Shown piece by piece: positions 1-7,149 of a DNA stretch of 58,268 nt; within the stretch, counting starts at the first letter, position 1; every line of letters starts with the position of its first letter. The stretch is from Candidatus Falkowbacteria bacterium (GTDB taxonomy: Bacteria; Patescibacteriota; Patescibacteriia; Patescibacteriales; GWE2-39-37). The position numbers and the translations under genes were made by a program. The notes beneath the pieces are model-generated. The model was given only the letters and a program-made list of their open reading frames with translations, was not told the origin of the DNA and did no database searches. The stretch lies in assembly GCA_013336275.1 (NCBI GenBank), contig JAAXUA010000002.1, forward strand, positions 193,904 to 252,171, written 5' to 3'.

Positions 1-597
1 AATGAGACTGCCTCGGTCCGTGATTTCGTCACCGACAAGGAATTTTACAGTACGCCATTCAAGGTCAACTTCACTACCAGGCTCCAGAACCAGGGTAATG
101 TTCATGTCAAACCGCGCGGCACGATCGAGATTGCCAATATGCTTGGCAACAAGGTCGCTAATGTGCGGATTAATGATACTGGAGCTAATATCCTGCCGAA
201 CAGCACTCGTCGTTTTGAGGTTCCTTGGAGCGGCGACTTCGGCTTCGGCAAGTACAAGGCCCAGTTAGTCCTGACTTATGGTACTTCGGCCGAGCAGGGC
301 GGCAATGGCATGCAGTCGCTGACATCAATAAAATATTTCTGGATTTTTCCTTGGAAGATCATCGGTATCGTCGTTTCTGGTATCGCATTTCTGATCGCCG
401 CCATCTTCATCTTCCTGAAAGTTTACAAGAACAAGGCAATCGAAAGCGCCATGAGTGAGATGGGCGTCGGCAGCGAGTATTACGTCAAGAAGACCCAGGG
501 CGGATCGCCAGCCATGCACCTGGGACTGACCCTGGCCATCCTGTTGGCAGTCGTCTTTTTGCTGGCGGCCGTGACTTATTTCCTGTTTTTCGCTTAG
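1..597 (+). CDS. 5'-truncated DUF916/DUF3324 (WxL-interacting-protein-like) Ig-fold protein with two C-terminal TM helices
   Basis: Frame +1 is open from base 1 (NETASVRDFVTDKEFYSTPFKVNFTTRLQNQGNVHVKPRGTIEIANMLGNKV), so the track start at 139 is internal. The NxGNVHxxPxG.I.I motif is shared with the ORFs at 616, 1605 and 30168. Hydrophobic helices follow FWIFPW. Confidence 0.75.
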   Translation, partial: NETASVRDFVTDKEFYSTPFKVNFTTRLQNQGNVHVKPRGTIEIANMLGNKVANVRINDTGANILPNSTRRFEVPWSGDFGFGKYKAQLVLTYGTSAEQGGNGMQSLTSIKYFWIFPWKIIGIVVSGIAFLIAAIFIFLKVYKNKAIESAMSEMGVGSEYYVKKTQGGSPAMHLGLTLAILLAVVFLLAAVTYFLFFA

Positions 598-615
598 GCT
601 TAAGTTCAAAGAAAA

Positions 616-1599
616 ATGAAAATATTTGCCAAAATATTCGCCTGCCTGCTACTGGCTTCTGCGATCAGCGGGCATGGTGTCAGAACGGTTTCGGCGCAGA
701 CAATGGATTCGGCGGTGACTGTTACGCCAAGCATCGTCGATGAGCGGGCGGAGGCTAAGGAGATAATCGAAAAAACCGTAAAGCTGAAGAACAATACTGC
801 CGCCAAAGTCGAACTCTACCCGACTGTCAATGATGTCAAACAGGATGAGGGCAGACAGGAATTCGTCGACCCGAGCAAGCTGGATCGCGCGACTTCGCTC
901 GCCCGCTGGATCGAGATCCGGCGTGGCGTCGTCGAACTTGGGCCGAATCAGGAAGTAGAAGTGCCGTTGAAGATTACGGTCAACATGAACGCCCAGCCGG
1001 GAAAATATTTCGCCGCCATCACATTTCCGAATGGCTCCAATCGGGCGGCGGCTGAGCAGCTGGCCAACCAGCCGCAGATGATGATCAGTATCGAGGTGAC
1101 CGAACACGTAGTGGAAAAAGCGGAGAATTTCGCCTTTTCCACCGAAAAGCAAGTCAATCTTAACAATCAGGTAAAATTTCTGATCGGCCTGAAGAATATC
1201 GGCAACAAGGACATCTACCCTAAGGGATCGATTATCATCTATGACCGGCGCGAGCGTGAAGTCGAGAGTATCGATGTCAATTATAACCAGCAGCTGGTCA
1301 AGCCGGGTGAGAATCCGCAATTCGAACCCGTCTGGTCTGCCGGTAAGCGGATGGGCAAATTCAAGGCCAAGCTGGAGGTTGAGTACGGCAAGTCAGGCGA
1401 CCGCAACATCCAAGACACCATCTATTTCTGGATAATGCCTTGGTGGCTCCTAGCGATGATCTGCCTCTTGTTCCTACTGCTCGTAACCAGTGTCTGGCTA
1501 TTTTACTCCCGCATCAAGCACCACAGCCGGGTTATCCAGACAGCGCAAGAAGAAGCGAAGTCACCGATAATAAATTTAAAAAATAGGCCGCGCCATTAA
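616..1599 (+). CDS. DUF916/WxLIP-like two-Ig-domain protein, signal peptide plus C-terminal TM
   Basis: Signal peptide ending VSA; SLARWIEI...EVPLKITV...AQPGKYFAAITF; LKNIGNKDIYPKGSIII; TM after FWIMPWW; basic tail. Confidence 0.75.
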   Translation: MKIFAKIFACLLLASAISGHGVRTVSAQTMDSAVTVTPSIVDERAEAKEIIEKTVKLKNNTAAKVELYPTVNDVKQDEGRQEFVDPSKLDRATSLARWIEIRRGVVELGPNQEVEVPLKITVNMNAQPGKYFAAITFPNGSNRAAAEQLANQPQMMISIEVTEHVVEKAENFAFSTEKQVNLNNQVKFLIGLKNIGNKDIYPKGSIIIYDRREREVESIDVNYNQQLVKPGENPQFEPVWSAGKRMGKFKAKLEVEYGKSGDRNIQDTIYFWIMPWWLLAMICLLFLLLVTSVWLFYSRIKHHSRVIQTAQEEAKSPIINLKNRPRH

Positions 1600-1604
1600 T
1601 CATT

Positions 1605-3335
1605 ATGAAATCAAGCAGCAAGATCAAAAGAATAATCGCATCATTGGCCTTGGCCGCGATTTTCGGCAGCTTTTCGGCAGGCTATGCTTCAGCGCAGGAC
1701 AGCTCGATGATCCTGTCCATTACCCCGCCGCTGTTCAAGGTGAATATGAAGCCTGGCGAGGTCTGGTCAAGCGTAGTCAAAGTAGTCAACAATAATGCCT
1801 ATCCGGTTACGGTCTATACGCAGGTCGCCGATTTCAAGTCCGGTGAATCCGGCGGGGTGGAGTTCGTCAAAAACGAGCCCGATGCTGCCGGCAAGGGCTA
1901 TACTTTAAGCCAGTGGCTGGAAATCACCTCAGAACCTATCGATATCGGCGCTTTCAGCAGTCAGGATATACCCTTCAAGGTCATGCTGCCCCAGACCGCC
2001 GACCCCGGCGGGCATTATGCCGCCATCCTGGTGGGCAACAAGCCGATTGATAATACCGCTGGCAGCGTGGTCAAGATTTCTTCCAAGCTGGCTTCGCTCC
2101 TTTTGGTGCGGGTAGCCGGTGAGGTGGTAGAAAAAGGCGACGTCCGGGAGTTTTCGACCAGCAAAGGTTTTTCCAAAAAGACCGAGGCTGACTTCACTGT
2201 CCGTTTCATCAACAAAGGCAATGTGCATCTGCGGCCCGAGGGCGAGGTTAAGATCACTAATATGTTCGGCCAGACTCGCGGTGTCATCGCGATCAATAAG
2301 AAATCTGAATTCGGCAATGTCCTGCCAGATAGCGAAAAGAAATGGGAATTCAACTGGAAAGGCGAGAGCAGCATCTGGGATGCCGGACGCATGAAGGCTG
2401 AGCTGTTTCTGAGTTATGGCGAAGAAGGCAAGCAATCGGAAGTCAGGAAAATAAATTTCTGGGTCGTCAATCTGAAGCCGACCTTGGCCGTCGCTGGCAG
2501 TCTGCTTTTCATAGTCATGATGACAATCTTCCTTATCAGGAGGTTCATCAGGAAGAGCATCGGCAAGGCCAGGATGGAAGCCGAAGCGGTCGCTGGCCGC
2601 TTAGGCCGCACATTGCCTCAGACCGAGGCCCGCTCCTTGCCGACAGCCAAAACGCCGGCTGGCAAGATGGACGGCGTGGTTGTCAATCTGCGCGATGCTA
2701 ATACCAATAATTTAAATAATAAAACAACCAAACCTATGAATTGGAGTTTCTTAAAGAACGTCTTGATTTTTATCGTGGTCGCCCTGATCGTGGTGGCTGC
2801 TGCCTTCTTCTACAGCCAGTATAAGAAGTCATCAACCAAGACCGCTGAAGACAATGCGCCTAAAAGCGCTGGCGTAACCGTGGTCAATAACGAGAATGCG
2901 ACATCCGCTCCGGCAGTAGAAGCTATCGATGAGACAGCCTCAACGACTGCCACTTCCACTGACTCAATCGCGACTTCGACCGAAGCGGTCGCTACGTCCA
3001 CTGATTCCGTGGCGACTTCGACTGCTGCCACCTCGACCGAGACCTTGCCTAAGGCTCTGGACAAGAAGGAAGTCAAGCTGTCTATCCTGAATGGCAGCGG
3101 CGTTACCGGGGTCAGCAGCAAAGCGGCCAAAATCTTGGAAGAAGCCGGTTATATCGTCGCCTCAAAAGGCAATGCCGCCAATTTCAATTTCGCCGTTACC
3201 GAAATCTCATATAGCTCAGACGTCACTGATAATGCCGAGGCGATTGACCAATTGGTCGGCGGTGACAGCAAGATGACTGAGGACCCGGCCACCAGCGGCA
3301 AGATAGTCGTTACTTTGGGCAAAAATTTCCAATAA
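1605..3335 (+). CDS. DUF916/WxLIP-like protein fused to TM, Thr-rich linker and LytR C-terminal (LytR_C) domain
   Basis: SQWLEI...ADPGGHYAAILV; FINKGNVHLRPEGEVKI; two TM segments; ATST repeats; C-terminal KLSILNGSGVTGVSSKAAKILEEAGY matches the LytR_C signature. Confidence 0.8.
   Translation: MKSSSKIKRIIASLALAAIFGSFSAGYASAQDSSMILSITPPLFKVNMKPGEVWSSVVKVVNNNAYPVTVYTQVADFKSGESGGVEFVKNEPDAAGKGYTLSQWLEITSEPIDIGAFSSQDIPFKVMLPQTADPGGHYAAILVGNKPIDNTAGSVVKISSKLASLLLVRVAGEVVEKGDVREFSTSKGFSKKTEADFTVRFINKGNVHLRPEGEVKITNMFGQTRGVIAINKKSEFGNVLPDSEKKWEFNWKGESSIWDAGRMKAELFLSYGEEGKQSEVRKINFWVVNLKPTLAVAGSLLFIVMMTIFLIRRFIRKSIGKARMEAEAVAGRLGRTLPQTEARSLPTAKTPAGKMDGVVVNLRDANTNNLNNKTTKPMNWSFLKNVLIFIVVALIVVAAAFFYSQYKKSSTKTAEDNAPKSAGVTVVNNENATSAPAVEAIDETASTTATSTDSIATSTEAVATSTDSVATSTAATSTETLPKALDKKEVKLSILNGSGVTGVSSKAAKILEEAGYIVASKGNAANFNFAVTEISYSSDVTDNAEAIDQLVGGDSKMTEDPATSGKIVVTLGKNFQ
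2950..3042 (+). repeat. Coding tandem ATST repeats (5 copies) in a Thr/Ser linker
   Basis: Translation TTATSTDSIATSTEAVATSTDSVATSTAATSTE. Confidence 0.85.
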
Positions 3336-3374
3336 GCCAGTCGGCACTTTTAACCGGCCTCGAGCCTTGGATCC

Positions 3375-4223
3375 ATGGACCGGACAATAAATCTAAAATC
3401 AAAGCCGCGTTCATCCTGGTTAGGAACCAGGGAGCTTGTCGTGGTCGTGTCGTCGATCGTTTTGACGACGGTAGGCATTAAGGCGGCCGACAATTTCATG
3501 AACGCTGGCGACGGGCAGGGAAACGGTCCTTGTCCGGAGAATATGGTCCAAGTACTCTCGGCCGGCGGCAGTTTCTGTATCGATAAATATGAGGCTTCGG
3601 CCGGACCGGATTGTCCCCATGCCAGTCCAGCAACGCAAACCGAAACCAGGAACAACCTGGACAACGTCAACTGCAAAGCGGCCTCGGTCAAAGGCGCTTT
3701 GCCTTGGCGTAATATCTCTCAGAACCAAGCCGCTTCGGCTTGCGCCAAAGCGGGCAAGCGTTTGCCGACAAATAGGGAATGGTTCCAGTCAGCCATGGGC
3801 ACGCCCGATCCGGAAATCGGTTGGGGCCCGGACGATTGCAACGTGAACAGCAACTGGGGCAGTCAGCCAGGGCAGGCCGGGTATGGCAGCAAATGCATAT
3901 CCGCCGCTGGAGCTAATGACATGGTCGGCAATGTCTGGGAGTGGGTCCAAGGGACAATCTATAATGGCGAGTATGATAACCGGGTTTTACCCAAACAAGG
4001 TTTCGTTTCCGGCGTGGACGAGAATTCGTTGCCGACCGAGACAGCGGAGGCCGCGGACCCTAATTATGATGAGGATTATCTTTATATCAAGAATAGCGGC
4101 ACCCGCGGGATTGCTCGCGGAGGATATTGGGACAACAAGATGGAGGCCGGTATAAACTCGTCCTATATGGTTTCTTCGCCGTCTTTTGCCGGTGCCGGCA
4201 TCGGTTTCCGTTGTGTAAAGTGA
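3375..4223 (+). CDS. Membrane-anchored FGE-sulfatase/SUMF1-family (CLec-fold) protein, probably non-catalytic
   Basis: FCIDKYEAS, ACAKAGKRLPTNREW, DMVGNVWEWV, RGGYWDN, IGFRCVK; N-terminal hydrophobic anchor; lacks the FGE catalytic Cys pair after RGG. Confidence 0.85.
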   Translation: MDRTINLKSKPRSSWLGTRELVVVVSSIVLTTVGIKAADNFMNAGDGQGNGPCPENMVQVLSAGGSFCIDKYEASAGPDCPHASPATQTETRNNLDNVNCKAASVKGALPWRNISQNQAASACAKAGKRLPTNREWFQSAMGTPDPEIGWGPDDCNVNSNWGSQPGQAGYGSKCISAAGANDMVGNVWEWVQGTIYNGEYDNRVLPKQGFVSGVDENSLPTETAEAADPNYDEDYLYIKNSGTRGIARGGYWDNKMEAGINSSYMVSSPSFAGAGIGFRCVK

Positions 4224-4242
4224 TTATCTTAATCAAGGAGGA

Positions 4243-4665
4243 ATGATTAATCTTGAGTATTTGACAATTGATGATTCGCTTCGCCCGTTGCAGGAAGGGG
4301 TCTTTCCTGGCCAGGCGGCAAGAACGGCGCGAGCCGCCTCTGCCACCATCTTTTGCGTTGCCTTGCTGCTCGGTAGCATGTGCCGGATCAATGTGGCCGA
4401 TGCGGCGACCAATGTCTCGATGAGCGTCGAAGAGAATCCGTATAACAAAGTCGCGGCCCAGCTCAAAGAAAAGGAAAAGAATATTTCCGAGAGGGAAAGG
4501 TTGGTAAGCAAGTATGAAAAGGAGCTCCAGCGGAGCAATATGGTTTTGGCGCTTTTCGTGTTGCTCCTGTTTCTTTTGATAATGCTCAATTATTATCTCG
4601 ACTACCACCGCAGGAGATTGGATGAGGAGAAAAAGCCTGATAACGTCAGATATTTAAAGCTGTGA
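4243..4665 (+). CDS. Small protein: signal-like helix, coiled coil, C-terminal TM (start uncertain)
   Basis: Hydrophobic segment ending VADA; NPYNKVAAQLKEKEKNISERERL coiled coil; TM MVLALFVLLLFLLIMLNYYL; RRR stop-transfer. Confidence 0.65.
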   Translation: MINLEYLTIDDSLRPLQEGVFPGQAARTARAASATIFCVALLLGSMCRINVADAATNVSMSVEENPYNKVAAQLKEKEKNISERERLVSKYEKELQRSNMVLALFVLLLFLLIMLNYYLDYHRRRLDEEKKPDNVRYLKL

Positions 4666-6518
4666 GTATGCCCAAGATCGGCACAATCATATCGTTCGGC
4701 AAAGCGGCGCTGTTGGCCTCGCTATTTTTTTTATTTATCGCTGCCTACTCGGCCGACGCCTCACGCTTGGCTTTTGTCAGTGATAAGATTTCCCGGTCTT
4801 GGCCCGGAGCCAGCACTTCTCATGAAATCAGGTTCTCTTTAGTTAATTCCATCCCTCCTGGCGGCAGGATCATAATCACTCCGGCTAGCGGACAGTTCGA
4901 TATCCAGCCGGGTTTCGATCATACTGATGTCGATTTGGCTGTCGCCGACAATCCTGGCGGTCCATATGCGGAGCGTGAGTTGGCAGCAGCAAGCAGCGCC
5001 ATTGATGATGGTGCCAGCGTCGTGACAGGAGCAAATGGCAGCATCACTCTGGATCTGAACTCTTCCGAAGGCATCGGTATGGGTAAATTCGTGCGTGTCA
5101 GACTAGGCATTACGGCCGTTTATGGGTCAACCGGAGACACGTTGATACAGAATCCTGGATCGATCGGATCTTACCAGGTTCACGTCGCAACGTTCGATGA
5201 TTTGGGAACGCCGCTCGACGCCGCCGATGCCATGATCGCGGTTATCACACCGATATCGGTATCGGCCAACCAGGCGAAAATCAGGAGCAATGGCGCACCG
5301 ACCGGCATCCTGGTCGGCGGCACACTGCAGACGATCTTGTCATTGAATACTAATTATGATGGCACTTGCAGATATTCGATCGCTTCGAATACGCCTTATG
5401 CGAGCATGACAGGCATTTTTACAAGCACGGGCGCAAAGTTCCATTCGACTATCATCGGCGGTTTGTCCGATGGCAATTATTACTATTACTACGTCCGTTG
5501 CCGCGACTCTTTCGGCGTCAACGATGTGGATGATTATCTCATAACCTTTTCCGTTGCAAACGCTAATGGCGGCTCCGGCGGTACGGGAGGCGGGACAGGA
5601 GGCGGTACGGGTTCGGGCACAGGGTCGGGCAGCGGCTCCGGCGGCGGGGGTGGCGGTACAGGAGGCGGTACAGGTTCGGGTGTCGGTCCAGGCAGCAGCG
5701 GCGGCGCTGGCGGCGGAGGAGCTGGCGGCGCTGGCGGCGGACCAGGCGGTCCATCGCCGGTTGCGACCGAACCGTATCCGCCCAAGCCGGAGAACCCTGA
5801 CTTATCGCTATCGGGCTGGTCCAGTCCGAACAGCAGTCTGGTCTTATTGAAAGATGGCAAGGAGCTGACCAGGGCCGGGGCTGACGCCGCCGCTAAATTT
5901 TCCTTCGGTGTCAAAGACTTGACCGAAGGCATGTATTCATTCGGTATTTATTATACGGATACGGAAAATCGCCGTTCTCGCAACTACACTAATACGTTTT
6001 GGATCAAGCAGGATTCCAAAACGGTCTTGAATTCCATAATAGTGCCGCCGACCATGGCTATCGCCAAATCAAATCTGGCATTAGGCGAGACTTTGAATGT
6101 CGTGGGTCAGTCGGTGCCAGATGCTACTATCGAGCTATGGATCGAGCCGGTCAAGACGGGTGTGACGGCCAAGGATATTGTAAAACAGCAGGGAACGATC
6201 GGCAGTAACGGCAAGTGGAGCCTGGCGGTCGACACGAAAGCCTTGGCCAAAGGAGCTTACAATGTTCGTGGCAGAACCATGATCAAGGTCGTGGGTTACA
6301 GCGACTTCAGCCAAATAGTACCGGTTGGACTAGGTGAGTCGGTCAGCGCAGGCGTCTGTGCTGGCGCTGATCTCAACAAGGATGGCAAGGTTAACTTGAT
6401 CGATTTTTCGATCCTGCTTTACTATTGGGGTTCAAGCAACGCATGCGCCGACCAAAACAAGGATGGCAAAGTGAACCTGATTGATTTCAGTATCATGCTG
6501 TATAATTGGACCGGATAA
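4662..6518 (+). CDS. Secreted Ig-like protein with Gly-rich linker and C-terminal dockerin-like duplicated Ca-binding loops
   Basis: Signal peptide (GTG 4662 or ATG 4668); long Gly/Ser/Thr linker; C-terminus ADLNKDGKVNLIDFSILLYYWG...ADQNKDGKVNLIDFSIMLYNWTG. Confidence 0.8.
   Translation: MSMPKIGTIISFGKAALLASLFFLFIAAYSADASRLAFVSDKISRSWPGASTSHEIRFSLVNSIPPGGRIIITPASGQFDIQPGFDHTDVDLAVADNPGGPYAERELAAASSAIDDGASVVTGANGSITLDLNSSEGIGMGKFVRVRLGITAVYGSTGDTLIQNPGSIGSYQVHVATFDDLGTPLDAADAMIAVITPISVSANQAKIRSNGAPTGILVGGTLQTILSLNTNYDGTCRYSIASNTPYASMTGIFTSTGAKFHSTIIGGLSDGNYYYYYVRCRDSFGVNDVDDYLITFSVANANGGSGGTGGGTGGGTGSGTGSGSGSGGGGGGTGGGTGSGVGPGSSGGAGGGGAGGAGGGPGGPSPVATEPYPPKPENPDLSLSGWSSPNSSLVLLKDGKELTRAGADAAAKFSFGVKDLTEGMYSFGIYYTDTENRRSRNYTNTFWIKQDSKTVLNSIIVPPTMAIAKSNLALGETLNVVGQSVPDATIELWIEPVKTGVTAKDIVKQQGTIGSNGKWSLAVDTKALAKGAYNVRGRTMIKVVGYSDFSQIVPVGLGESVSAGVCAGADLNKDGKVNLIDFSILLYYWGSSNACADQNKDGKVNLIDFSIMLYNWTG
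5569..5752 (+). repeat. Low-complexity Gly-rich coding linker (GGSGGTGGGTGGGTGSG...)
   Basis: Repeated GGC GGT ACA GGA units; explains the Pro-rich antisense shadow ORF at 5534-5932. Confidence 0.85.
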
Positions 6519-6560
6519 GATATGCCTGCCCGAGATGAGTTTAGTTCGCCGTTCTGAATT

Positions 6561-6588
6561 TTGTCCAAAACGACGTTCGTGCTATAAT
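6561..6588 (+). promoter_or_regulatory. Sigma70-like promoter for hsp20 and the cohesin gene
   Basis: TTGTCC-N16-TATAAT with TGn extended -10, in an AT-rich intergenic gap. Confidence 0.55.
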
Positions 6589-6664
6589 TAATATAATAAT
6601 TTCGTGAAATTAATTTTGTCTAATAAGGCGCGGTCGACAAAGTCCGCCGCACCCAGCAAAATGT

Positions 6665-7132
6665 ATGTCTTTCCTGGATAAATTAAAACGCAAAGTCGAC
6701 GTATTGGAAGAGGGCAAGCTGAAAGAGGTTGAAAATGGCGAAGCAAAAAAGGAAACTCTGAGCAGCGGGACCAGCTACGCCCAGCTTGATGTCGATATAT
6801 ACGAAACGCCTGAGAAGTATGTAATCTTAGGCTCGATCGCCGGAGTCGATATCAAGAACATCGAGCTTTCGGTCGGTGAAGAGAACGACGTCCTGATTAT
6901 CCAAGGGAAGAAGGAGTCGCCGATAGATCAGCTCAAGGCCGGTGAGTCCAAGATCGTGCCACATCATCAGGAATGCCAGTGGGGAGAGTTCTATCGCCAG
7001 ATTATTTTGCCTCAGGAAATAAATCCCGAATTGATCGAGGCTTACGAAGAAAAAGGCGTTCTGGTAATCATTCTTCCGATGCTCAGGCTGCAGCGGGGCA
7101 AGAAGAATATCCAAGTCAGCTTAAAAGCTTGA
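6665..7132 (+). CDS. Hsp20/alpha-crystallin small heat-shock protein
   Basis: DVDIYETPEKYVILGSIAGV, LIIQGKK, ECQWGEFYRQIILP, GVLVIILP; C-terminal IQV (IxI/V) motif. Confidence 0.9.
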   Translation: MSFLDKLKRKVDVLEEGKLKEVENGEAKKETLSSGTSYAQLDVDIYETPEKYVILGSIAGVDIKNIELSVGEENDVLIIQGKKESPIDQLKAGESKIVPHHQECQWGEFYRQIILPQEINPELIEAYEEKGVLVIILPMLRLQRGKKNIQVSLKA

Positions 7133-7149
7133 AATTAGATTGATATATT

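Noticed and set aside
3375-4223. Complete diversity-generating retroelement
   Set aside because: No reverse transcriptase, Avd or template repeat was seen anywhere in the window.
6590-6664. CIRCE or ROSE thermometer upstream of hsp20
   Set aside because: No TTAGCACTC-N9-GAGTGCTAA. The only hairpin (GCGGTCGAC-aaa-GTCCGCCGC) is imperfect and there is no SD to occlude.
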